Below are positions 11,386 to 23,448 of a DNA stretch of 64,000 nt, piece by piece. The position numbers were made by a program, and so were the translations under genes. The first letter of the stretch is position 1. Each line of letters opens with the position of its first letter. The stretch is from the NCBI RefSeq assembly GCF_020745735.1, contig NC_083420.1, positions 22,940,001 through 23,004,000 of the forward strand, given 5' to 3'. This stretch comes from Hemiscyllium ocellatum (taxonomy: Eukaryota). The notes beneath the pieces were generated by a model. The model had not been told where the DNA came from and made no database searches. It worked only from the letters and a program-made list of their open reading frames with translations.

Positions 11386-12469
11386 ACACTTGGTCAAATA
11401 TGGCCTTCCTGTTAAGGGCAGTCACTTTCTCCACCTCTTGATTTCAGCTCTTTTTTTCCATGTTTGAACCAAGGCCATATGTATTTAGTCCTTTGTATGG
11501 AACAAATGTATTTAGTCCTTTCATCCAACTAATTTAAAACAATTATAAATGATTGATGCCTGAGCAATGTTTCCCACCTCTACACTCTATTTTCTATTAA
11601 CTAGCCAATCCTCTATCTATGCCCCCATGAGCTCTTAGTTTCTGCAATACCTTTGATGTGGTACAATTAATGCCTTCTGGAAATCCAAGTTCAATCCATC
11701 CATCCATTTGCCTTTACCCTATGAGTGTCTTATTTTCTTGAAGAATTTCAATAGATTGGTTAAAATATTTATGAAAAAGGATACTTTGTTTAGGCTTTCC
11801 ATGATGGACTCATCAGGACAATTTGCACGGATACCAATTTAAGAGGAAAACCAACCTTTACATTGTACGAGAGAGAAGAATGTTGATGGGTTGGCAAATA
11901 AACCCAGAATGGCAGAAACATTAACATGGAAAACACACCTATTAATGCTGATTAACAGTTAACAGCCAGGCTTTGATAAAATTTTAAACCAAGCAAGTTG
12001 ACTGTTTAGTCAATTAAGAAATGACAAATTAAAACAGTGTACTGTACATGCATGTTCTTTCCATTTGTAAAGAACAGGGTCCTGTGAATATAAAGCCTCC
12101 GGCACATGTAAGTATGCCACACAGCAGTCGAGACTGATAATTCAAAATTGGTTGTCAGTGTAATTCCTTACCCTTTTAGGATTATCCAGCAAATGTTATC
12201 CAGTTGCTGAATTGCATCTAATGTTAGAAACATACTGGGAGTATTGCAAGCCCAGGCTGGCTGAGAATGATCAGTGCCTTGCTTGTTACAAACAGCCAAA
12301 CAAACATGCTGTTTGATACAACCCATCAGTCTTTGGGATGTACCAAATAACACACTAGCACTGAAATTCATACACCTCATTAATCATTTGACATAATGCC
12401 AGCATTCTGCAGTTGACAAACATCACTCATGCTGCCACTGTGTAGTAGCAACATTTAAAAGACAATTAT

Positions 12470-14860
12470 TAATTCATGGGATGTGGGCTTCGCTGGTTGG
12501 GTAGCATTTTTTGCCCATTCCAAGTTGCCCTTGGAAAAAGTTGTGGTGAGCTGCTTTCCTGAACTGTTGCTGTAGATACATCCACAATGCAATTAAGCAG
12601 AGTGTTCCAGGATTTTGATTCAGCAACACAAATATATTTCCAAGTTCAAATGGTGAGTGGCTTGGAGGGGAACTTGCAGCTGGTGGTGTTCCTATGTACT
12701 TGCTTTCCTTGTCCTTCAAGATGGAAGTGGTCATAGGTTTGGAAGGTACTGTCTAAAGAACTTCAGTGAATCTCTGCAGTGAATCCTCTGGAAGATACAC
12801 ACTACTGCTACTGAATGTTGATGGTGAAAGGAATGGATGGAAAGGGAAAGTGGCTGCTTTGTCCTGAAAAGTGACAGACATCTTGAGTTTTGTTTGAGGC
12901 AAGTGAGATATATTCTATGACATGCCTGACTTATGCCTTGTAGATAGTGGATAGGCTTTAAGGAGTCGGTGAGTTATTTGCTGCAGTATCTCTTACTTTC
13001 TACTTGATCTTGTAGCTACAATATTTATAGTGGCTAGTCCAATTCAGTTTCTGGTCAATGGTAACCCTTAGGATGTTGATAGTCAGCGATTCAGTATGGT
13101 AACGACACTGAATGTTAAGAGACAATCATTAGATTCGCGTCAGAGGTAATCATAGCTTGGCATTTGTGTCGCATGAATATTACTTGCCACTTTTCAGCCC
13201 AAACCTCGATGTTGCTCAGGTCTTGCTGCATTTGGGCATAGAGTACTTCAGTATCTGAGAAGTCACAAATGGTATTGGACACTATGCAATCATTGAAAAC
13301 ATCCCCACTTCTGATCTTACCATGGAAGCAAGATTATTGATGAAATTGTTTGGCTGAAGACACTACACTGAGAAACTCCTGAAGAGATATCCTGAGAACA
13401 GAGATGCCTAACATCTAAAAACTACAATTATCTTTGTCTGTGCCAGGTATGACTCCAACCAACCAAGTGTTTTCCTCGATTCCCATCTTGCTAGAGCATC
13501 TTGATGCACACTTGGTCAAATATGGCCTTGCTGTTAAGGGCAGTCACTTTCTCCACCTCTTGAATTCAGCTCTTTTTTCCATAATTGAACCAAGGCTGTA
13601 ATGAGGTCGGGAGATGAGCGGGCCTGGTGGAACCCAAACTGGGTGATAGCCAGCAAGTTATTGCTAAGCAAGTGTTGCTTGATAGCACTGATGATTAAAT
13701 TGTCTATTACTTTACCAACAATCAAGAGTAAAGTGATGGACCGATAATTAGCCAGATTGGATTTACCCTAGGCAAATTTCCACATTGTTGGGTAGATGTC
13801 AGTGTTGTAGCTGTACTGGAACATCTTGGCTACGAGTGCTGAAGTTCTGGGGCACATCTTCAGTTATCGGAAATATTGTCAGGATATATAGCCGTTACAG
13901 TATCTAGTGCTTACAGCTATTTCTTGATATCTTCAGGAGGAATCAAATTGGCTGAAGACTGTGATGCTGGGATCTCTAGAGAAGGCAGAGATGGATTGTT
14001 GCAAATGCTTCAGCCTTATCATTCTAACTGATATGTTGGCCTCCCACTCACTGAAAATGGAGATTGTTTGTGGACCCTCCTCCATCATTGAGTTGTTTCA
14101 TTGTTGACCACCATACAGAGCTTATAGCTGATCCACTGGTAGTGGAATCACTTAGGTCTGTCAATCAATTGCTGTGTAAGCTGTTTGGCATGCAAGTAAT
14201 CCTGTTTGATACCTTCACCAGACTGACATTTCATTTTCAATTATGCCTGCACTGTTCCTGGAACGTCCACTTGCATTTTCCACTAAACCAGGTTTGATCG
14301 CTTGGCTTAACGGTACAGTGGAGGATATGCTGGACCATAATGTTGTGCTGTATTATGATTCTGCTGTGGCTCATAATGCACAACACCTTATGTATGTCTA
14401 GTCTTGAGTTATTCAACCTATTCGAAGTCTATCCTATTTACCACAGTGATACTGCCACACAACACAATATCATTTCAAAGTGAAGGAGGGGGTTTCATCT
14501 CCATCTTGGTGGTTGGAGTCAACATTGAGGACTCCCAGGGCAAGTCCTTACTGACTATACACCACTGCGCTGCCACTTCTGCTGAGTGTGGCTATCTGGT
14601 GGGACAGACATACCCAGGGATGGATGATGGTCATGTCTGGCACATTACCATTATGGGATGTTCAGTGAGTATGACTATATAAGGCTGTTGCATGACTATT
14701 CTGTGACACAGCTCTCGGAATTTTGGCACTAGCTCCTTGATGTTACATGACTTTTCAGGTCAACAGGGTTGCGTTCGCCATTGTTGTTTCTGCTGCTAGA
14801 TTGGTGCCAGGTAGTCTGTCCATTTAATTTCTTTTTTGAAACTTTCCAGCGATTGTTACA
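12470..14860 (-). mobile_element. Decayed non-LTR retrotransposon of a second CR1/Jockey-group family
   Basis: RT remnant QFGFHQARSSPDLITALVQLWKKELNSRG; related pieces at about 9140-9460, 17270-17520, 40875-41930 and 42820-43090. Confidence 0.75.
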
Positions 14861-15134
14861 CTCCTCGTCCCAATTTATGCCATCCTGTAGCCAAGTCTTT
14901 GTGATTCAGCTTCTGAAATATGTTCCACTATTCAGTGAGGTAATGGTTGATCTGTACTTCAACATTAGCCCTGTATCCTAACAAAAAGGTACTGATCACA
15001 AGCTTGTCAGCTTTCTCAGGAGAAAATTCCAACATTCCTTCCCCTCCGTGACTTAGTGAAAAGTGCATTTTAGGAAATAATAAGTAATTTCATTCAGATA
15101 ACAAAGATAACAAACAACAAATTGTAAATCTTAC

Positions 15135-15302
15135 ACTATAAGCTTCTGACTTTGAAGAACTGTGTGCTGCTGCAGCATTTCAAAGTTGTACTTCTCATCA
15201 GTGGCATGCTGGTCCACAATGAACAGGTCTGAATCCACTTTAGTGATGATAAATCCCAAATTGAACTGACCAATAATTTCCATGCTGGCAAACATATCTT
15301 TG
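15135..15302 (-). CDS. PMS2: PMS2 exon 12 (endonuclease DQHA-X2-E-X4-E motif)
   Basis: [19 protein letters not shown]...[12 protein letters not shown]...QKLI; 168 nt. Confidence 0.97.
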
Positions 15303-15524
15303 CTGCAAACAGTACAAAACAAGATCAATAAATACAAGGCTAATGCAAAATACTTCAGAGAAGAAAATGTGCCATTACATCTATCACTAAATAAACTTCA
15401 TGCAAGATAAAGCAGAGCTCCAATACCCAATAACAGATGGTTGGCGATAGGTCACAAATATCTACACCGTTTCTAAGAAAACAATTGCTAATGCATCAGA
15501 TTTTACTTAAACTTTATATTGAAG

Positions 15525-15846
15525 AGATTAGACTAGATTAGATTAGATTCCCTACAGTGTGGAAACAGGCCCTTCGGCCCAACCAGTCCACACCAACCCT
15601 ATCCAGACCCAATTCCCTCTGCCTAATGCACCAACACGATGGGCAATTTAGTACAGCCAATTCACCTAATCTGCACAGCTTTGGACTGTGGGAGGAAACC
15701 GGAGCACCCGGAGGAAACCCACGCAGACACGGGGAGAATGTGCAAACTCCACACAGACAGTCACCCGAGGCTAGAATTGAACCTGGGACAGCCTAGAATT
15801 CAACCTAGAATTGAAACTGTGAGGCAGCAGTGCTAACCACTGAGCA
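15525..15846 (-). mobile_element. HE1-like SINE of a different subfamily
   Basis: (ATTAG)n tail and V-domain; different middle segment; short CCTAGAATT repeats near the B-box. Confidence 0.88.
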
Positions 15847-15894
15847 CAATATACCGTTAGTTTAAATTAGTCTGGCATAGAGTATTGGTAGCTG

Positions 15895-16214
15895 ATTAGA
15901 TTAGATTAGATTAGACTTACAGTGTGGAAACAGGCCCTTCGGCCCAACAAGTCCACACCGACCCGCCGAAGCGAAACCCACCCATACCCCTACATTTACC
16001 CCTTACCTAACACTACGGGCAATTTAGCATGGCCAATTCACCTGACCCGCACATCTTTGGACTGTGGGAGGAAACCGGAGCACCCGGAGGAAACCCACGC
16101 AGACACGGGGAGAACGTGCAAACTCCACACAGTCAGTCACCTGAGTCGGGAACTGAACCCGGGTCTCAGGTGCTGTGAGGCAGCAGTGCTAACCACTGTG
16201 CCACCGTGCCGCCC
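15895..16214 (-). mobile_element. HE1-like SINE, young copy
   Basis: Nearly identical to 2343-2655 and 37247-37566. Confidence 0.92.
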
Positions 16215-17536
16215 ATAAAAGGAGTGCTGACACTCCTTTATTCACCAACAATGCACTGCTCTATTTGCAGAGCTGCACATCAGATATGATGTTAAACTGA
16301 AATCCTGTTTGCTTTTCATGTGGTCTATAAAATTGATGAGATGGTGGAGTTTATCATGTACCAATGATTAATGGACAAAAGCACTTTCTTCATCATAGCT
16401 TGTTTAAAAGTAAGGTGCCACATCAAGATCATTGTAGAAAATTAAAGCTTACGGTATAGGGAGTAGCATAGTGGCATGGCGAGAGGATTAGCTGACTAAC
16501 AGGATGCAGACCATAGGTGTGAATGGGTCTTTTTTAGGTTGGCAAGATGTAACAAGTGGTATGCCATGGAGATCAGTTATGGGTTCAACTGTTCACAATG
16601 ACCTGCTAGATTTTCTGGCAACACAAAGGTAGCTAGATAAGTAATTTGTGAACAGGACACAAGGAGGATACAAAAATCATTAGTTAATTAAGTGGGAAAA
16701 TGGGAGAATTACATGGAAAAATGTGAAATTGCCCATTTTGACAGGAAGAAGAAAGAACCATTTTCTAAATCTTGTGAGATTACAGAGCTCTGAGATATAG
16801 AGAGATCTGAGTGTTCTCACGCATTAAGCCACAAGATTAATATTAAGCTACCTTTTAATTTGAGGGGAACGGAGTTTATATTTCAAGCTATAAGGGTATT
16901 GACGAGACATCATCTGGAAAGATGTCAATGTGTTGACAGGTTTACTAAACTAAAAATTTACACTGACCATTAATTGTGCACAGCAACATAATTAGAAATT
17001 GTGTGTTATAAAATAGATAATTGCAGTCATAACACTTAGAATGAGGGAAGGCCATTTGAACTCTCTTAACCTTGCTTTTTGTATGGTCTCCATACATATA
17101 AGCTCTTGTGGACTTTGCTGGGATAAAGTTTATATACATATTATTTGATATTTACAATTAATCTAGTAATGTTCAAGTGCAATAAAAAGCTAGTAATCAT
17201 AATGATCCCACTGAACAGAGCATCAGGCTTGAAAGCAAGAATGGTCTACCATGCTCCTAACTCATTTAAATAATGTGGTCTTGAATTGTTTACTATTGTG
17301 CTTTAGGGAAGAAAATCGGCTGTCCTTACCTAGTCAGGTCTACGTGTGATTCCAGATCTTTAGCAATATTGTTGACTCTTAACATGAAATAGCCTATTAA
17401 GCCATTGAGTTTTGTAATCAAGGCAGCAGTTCACCACCATCTTTGTAAAGGCAAATAGGAATGGGTAATAAATACTGGCCTTGACATTAAGCAACAGATT
17501 CGGTGAATAGATTTTTAAAAATGACAATTTAATTAC

Positions 17537-18419
17537 CTTATCTCTTTTCTGAGTTCAGCCTCTGCTGCTTGATTGTCTCCAGGTCTAATTTGGGCTCGAA
17601 ATCGCCTGCGCCTCTGGGCCTCTTTTTGAAGTGCTTGCTGTTCATGGACTAACTTCATTCTTAAAGCAAGAAGGGCCATAGAGAAAGGGAGTATCGCAAT
17701 CTTTTTATTCATTTCTACTGGTATATCAATCTCTGAAGTCTGAAATAATCCAGGTCCTGAAGGCAAGCTATCATCCAACCACAAGCCACCAACCTTCCTG
17801 CGTTTTTCACCCTGGATGACATAACCATGTGAGCAAGAATCTGCCAATAGTTGGCTGCAATTTTCCGCTGAAGCTGACTTCTCTGTTCGCTCACTAATGT
17901 TAGGCACCAAAACTTCACAGCCAATCATTTCAGTTTTCAGTTCTTCCCCTCCTTTCCCAGCTTCGGAAAACTTATGGAGCATGTTCGACAAGCTAACAGC
18001 ATTATCAGAGCCACCAGTGGATTTCGACATGGCGTTAATCTCTAGTGTGTTGTAATCACATTCTGATGATTGTATAGTGCAACCTTTTGCAGAATCTGTA
18101 CCACTTTCAGAGTTCATGGAGTTCTGCTCCATTTGTTTGGGATTTCCAGATACTGGCATGTGGTCAGTCCTACAATCAGGCTGAGGGCTACTCAGTTTAC
18201 AACTGGTAAAAAAATTGTGCAGTTTTCTTTGCACTGGAAAGTCCTGTTGTTTATTAGACTTGGGCCCACATAATGATGACCTGTGTAGGGAGTATGCTTC
18301 ACGCAACCTGGCAACGCCTACATACTTCTCCTTATCTGAATACGATTGCACGGGTGATTGCTGCTTAAGTGGAACAGATGACTTCGGACTGACAGCCATA
18401 GGAACATTTTCAGAGAATC
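17537..18419 (-). CDS. PMS2: PMS2 exon 11 (long, divergent linker)
   Basis: 883 nt open frame with LREAYSL and RFRAQIRPGDNQAAEAELRKEI; ttttag acceptor, AG|gtaatt donor; phases fit neighbouring exons. Confidence 0.93.
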
Positions 18420-19845
18420 CTAAAACAGGGAACACAACTTAATATTTAAAAATAAAAAATGATCTATTACAATATTGCACAATATGCACTGTTATAGAAG
18501 TTTTAAAAATGCTTTCCTGCTTTATTAGTGTTACTAATCTGGTTGTATTTGTTGCCCCTTCTTCATTAGCCAGGACATTAAAAGCCAGGACAAGCAGAAA
18601 CTGCAGTCATTCTTGAACCAAAGTAAGTGGGATGGGTTACTGCAGCTTTACTTCCCTGAAGGACATTGATTTTGTTTTCAAAGTGTAGTTCATTAATGTT
18701 CTAGCAACTTTTTGTGATGATTTTTCTGGTGTCTGCTCATGAATATTCAGATTGGCAGAATTCTATTTCACAACTTGCCATCATGGGATATGAACTCATG
18801 ACTTTTAGGTTCTGAATTTAGTGCCAAAGGCACAATGCTACAACTGAAAGAAATTTTACGTTAAAATTTTTGTTTGATGAGAAGCCAGACTAAATCTTGT
18901 TTAGCAATTGAAGTGCTGCAGAATTATTTACAAGTCTGAATTAATGTTTTGCTTTTATATTTGTGAATATAGCCATAATTTGTGTATGCCAGAGATGTGA
19001 GAGTAGCATTGTCTTTGAAATAATTCAACTCCAATTAGGTGCAATTTGAAACACTCAAAATGACAGCGCCTTCACCAAGTGTAATGTATACTTTCAAATA
19101 TTGCATCATTCCATTTCTAATTCTCAAAGTACTCATTACACAACCAAAAAAAAACTTCAAACCATTCATTTTAGATCTCATAAGCCTAAAAATGATGGCT
19201 TTTGATTTTATTGAATAAATACTTATCAACTTCCTACCCCACTCATGAGTCACACAACTTTGAACTGTTAATCAAAAGGAAATAATGCAGGCATTCTCTT
19301 CATTGTCGCTAGGCCCAAATTCTGGGAGTCTCCCTCTAAAAGCACTGTGAGCAGTATTATCACCACAGGAATTACCATAGTTCAAGAAGGTGGTTCACCA
19401 AAATCTTCTTGTAGGCAATTAGAGGCATGCAATAACACCACAAATGTACAAAGAGAACTGCAACAGAGGATTTCAATATAAACATTTCAAGTGACCTTTT
19501 GCTACTCCGATAAACAAGTTTTCATAGGGGTTTTTTATAATTTATATCAGAATGATCTGCTTGAAGTATAGTTCACATTTAGCCACATCTTAATTTACAA
19601 TGTAATGCAACTTTTACCTATATTAATCTACAGTATACACAATCAAACATCATTAAATATCTATACTATAGGTATTTCATTTAAAGAGACTTTAATAGAA
19701 GATTTATTCCTACTATAAGTTTTTTGATCCATCATGTTCTACACACTGGAACTAAAAGACAGCAATTATAGAATATCTTAGGTTCAGGTTTCACACACAT
19801 CAATGCTTTTCTATTGAGAAGGATGGACATTGTGATGTTCTTTAC

Positions 19846-19998
19846 CTGGCTTCTGTGGAAACGTCTCATTAACATCGAGCTTGTTAACATTAGAATCATA
19901 CATCTGAATAAGGGAGGTCTTCAGGATTGCAAGAAGCAGTTTTTCTTCTTGAAGAAGAATTTGTCTTTTGTCTGGTGTAACATTGAGGTCAACAGACT
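19846..19998 (-). CDS. PMS2: PMS2 exon 10
   Basis: [29 protein letters not shown]; 153 nt. Confidence 0.95.
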
Positions 19999-20229
19999 CT
20001 AAAAATGGCAAAGCACATCTAGTAAATGAAGATAGCTGCAATTATTAGGAAGGTACATCATATCTTGGCTGCATAAATCATCAGAATAGAAGTCCATTAC
20101 GATAATCAATGCATAATTTCCTCTTTTTTTCATTTTAAATAAACTATTTAGTGCATTAGCTCATAATGTTTTCTGGCTTAGTTATTCACAAATACAATAG
20201 CTGAAACATACATCTTGACTCTAACTTAC

Positions 20230-20314
20230 CAGAATTAACACAGATATTAAGGGCAACAAATGGATACTGATGCTTGTTGTACATGTGATAGACTTCATTT
20301 ACAAGTTTGGAAAC
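20230..20314 (-). CDS. PMS2: PMS2 exon 9
   Basis: [28 protein letters not shown]; 85 nt; gtaagt donor. Confidence 0.95.
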
Positions 20315-20384
20315 CTAAAGATAATGTTAAATCATTTTAGTCATCAAATACACAAACCACAATGTTAAATAAATATATCTACCA

Positions 20385-21035
20385 AGTCATAGAATCATAG
20401 AGGTCGACAGCATGGAAAAGGCCCTTTGGCTCATTGAGTCTGTACTGGTCAAAAACAACCAATGAACTATTTTAATCCTATTTTCCAGCACTTTGCCCAC
20501 AGCCTAGTATGTCTAGGCATTGCAAGTGCACATCTAAATACTTCTTAAATGGATTTCTGCCCCAACACCCTTACAGATAACAAGTTATAGATTCCCACCA
20601 TCTTCTGAGTGAAAATATTTTTCCTCACATTCCATTTAAACTTCCTGCCCCTTAGCTTAAATCTATGCCCCCGGTCACTGATCCCTTCACCCAAGAGAAA
20701 AAGACTCTTCCCGACTACCATGTCTGTTTCCCTCATAATTTTGTATATCTTAATTACGTCCCTCTCATTCTGCTCGAAGGAAAATATCCCAGTCTATCCA
20801 ATTTCTCTTCATAACTAAGACTGTCCAGCCAGGCAACATTCTGGTAAATCTCCTCGGCACCCTCTCCCATGCAATCACATTCCTCCTATAATGTGGATTC
20901 CAGAATTATACACAATACCCTAGCTGTGGCAAAGCAATGTTCTATACAGTTCCAGCCTAATCTGTCTGCTGAAACTCTATATCTCAGCCAATAAAGGTTA
21001 AGTACCCAATGCTTCTTAACCACTTTATCTACCTT
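20385..21035 (-). mobile_element. Decayed CR1 3' end
   Basis: RGHRFKLRG...NIFTQKMVGIYN remnant; (CATAGAAT) tail. Confidence 0.75.
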
Positions 21036-21464
21036 TAGTGAGATCTTATTTTACTTCTCCATTCTTTCCAATTTGTCAATTATTTCATATTTTCGGATCC
21101 TTCAAGACCAGTAATCATTTTTAGATGATGTTACACAACAAGTCAGTATGCACTTTGCCAAGAGAAATATGATAATGTGTGGAATGACAACCATGAGTTT
21201 GTCTATTTACTTCCTACACAAAGGTTTATCGGCTTTCAAAGGTCCCAGAAAAGTCACAAATTGAACGCTAGAAAACATCATCATGATCACAGACCAACCA
21301 CAAAGAACCACTGTCACAAGTGAGATCAGAATCTAATAAAAAATCAAAAGCACAAACTATAATCGGGGACTGAATGCATTGATGGATCACTATGTTATGA
21401 AAAATATATGTGAACTATAACTCCACAATCACAAAACTAGGTTGTCAGGCCACCTAAAGCCATT

Positions 21465-21975
21465 GGAATCAAAAAGTGTGGAGTTGAGAAAGCACAGCTG
21501 GTCAGGAAGCATCTGAGGAGCTCTTCATCAGGAATGGAAAGGGAGGGGGTTGCCCAAGGGCGCTGAGATAAATGGGAAGGGTGTGGGGCTGAGGGGAAGG
21601 TAGTTGAAAACTCGCTGGATAGATGAAGGTGTGGGGGTGATGGTGAAAGTTCGGGGAGGAGGGTGGAGCGGATAGGTGGGAAGGGAGGTGGACAGGTAGG
21701 ACAGTTCAACAGGCCAGTGCCGAGTTAGGAGGTTGGATCTAGGATAAGGTGGGGGCAGGGGAGATGAGGAAACTGGTGAAATCACCATTGATCCCATGTG
21801 ATTGGAGGGTCCCAAAGTGGAAGATAAGGCGTTCTTCCTTCAGGCGTCAGATGGCTAGAATTTGGTGGCGGAGGAGGCCAGGACTTGATTGTTCTTAGTG
21901 GAGTGGGAGAGGGATTGAAGTGTTCTGCCACAGGGTGGTGGAGTTGTTTAGTGCATGTGTTCCAGAGCTATTCAA
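21465..21975 (-). mobile_element. Penelope-like element family A fragment
   Basis: Same family as 25208-25968, 52615-53430 and 56175-57420. Confidence 0.7.
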
Positions 21976-22073
21976 TGAAACCTAAATCAATTGGGATAGT
22001 ATGCATGTCAACAGAGTTGTCAGTAGTTGCTATAATTTAATTTTTCACAGTTTGCATTGCTATTGCTCTTTAC

Positions 22074-22173
22074 CTTCAATGGGTCACATGGTCGTTGATT
22101 GATAAAGAAAAACTGTCGATCAGTTGAACTCCTCCCAACACCATGATTACTACGAGACACGAACCCTGTGATT
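22074..22173 (-). CDS. PMS2: PMS2 exon 8
   Basis: [33 protein letters not shown]; 100 nt. Confidence 0.95.
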
Positions 22174-22289
22174 CTTCAGTGTACCGCAGAAAGGAAAGTT
22201 ACTGTTATTGTACATAAAATATTATTCGTTAGTATAAGCTGTCAGGTCAGCAGAATAGCTGTGTCCCTTTATAGTACTCCCTCTTGGCA

Positions 22290-23360
22290 GTTGTTGTTTG
22301 TATTGTTATCCTTACCCAGAAAAGAATATTCTAGCCACACAGGGATGCAATGAATGTTCACCAGTCTGATACCTGGGATTGTGGAATTCCTCTTGAGAAC
22401 AGACTGTGGGGATTGAATTTGTATTCTTTAGCGTTTGATGAATGAAAGATGGTCTAATTGAAATAATCAAAAATCTTCCATGGCTCAACTAAATAGATGC
22501 AGGGAGGATATTACTTCTGGTTGGAGGAGTCCAGAACCAGGAGAGACAGTCTCAGAATAAGCGATCAGTTATGTGGAAATGAAAGGAGAAGGGATTTATT
22601 TGCTCAAAGTGGTGTATCTTTGGAATTCTGGAACCCAGGCGCTATGTTGGCTCAGTTATTGATTATGTTCAACATAGAAATCAATAGATAGTTAGACATT
22701 AAAACATCCAATAATATAACAAACATACTGGCATTTTTTGAGAATGTAACAAGTAGAGAATGATTGGGGGAACCAGTGATGTGGTCTACTTGGATTTCTA
22801 AAAACATTCAATAAAAATCTTACATAAGAGATTAGCATCTAAAATTAAAGCACATTGAGGCAGTGAACTAACATAGAGCATTTGCTGGCAGATAGGAAAC
22901 AAAGAGTAGAAATAAACTGGTCATTTTCTGATTGCAGTCAGTGAATAAGTGAGGTACTACAGGTATAATTTTTTGGAGCCCCAGCTACTCACAAATTATA
23001 TTAGCAATTTCAATGAGGGAGTCAAATATAATATCTCCAAGTTTGAAGAAATATAAAGCTGGGTGAGAGATTGAACTGTGAGGTGGATGCAGATGCTTTA
23101 GTGCGATTTAGATAAGTTGAGTGAGGAGTAAATGCATGGTTTATTAAATATAAGGTGGATAAATGTGAGGTTATCCATTTTAGTAGCAAAAATAGGAAGG
23201 CGGATTATTCGTGGAAAGATGGGGAAGAGGAAAGTGCATTGAGATCTGAGCACCTTTGAATATTAGTCACTGAAAGTATGCATATAGGAGCAGCTGGTGA
23301 TGAAAGTGGCAAATGTTGGCCTTCGTAGCAAGAGGGATGAGCATAGGAACAGAGATGTGC
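22290..23360 (+). mobile_element. Decayed CR1 fragments
   Basis: GATGTGGTCTACTTGGATTT and KCEVIHF-like remnants. Confidence 0.7.
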
Positions 23361-23448
23361 TGTGCAAAACCTGCGTCCACACCAATCCCCTCACCTCTGT
23401 CCAAGGCCCCAAGGGATCCTTCCACATCTATCAGAAATTTACCTGTAC

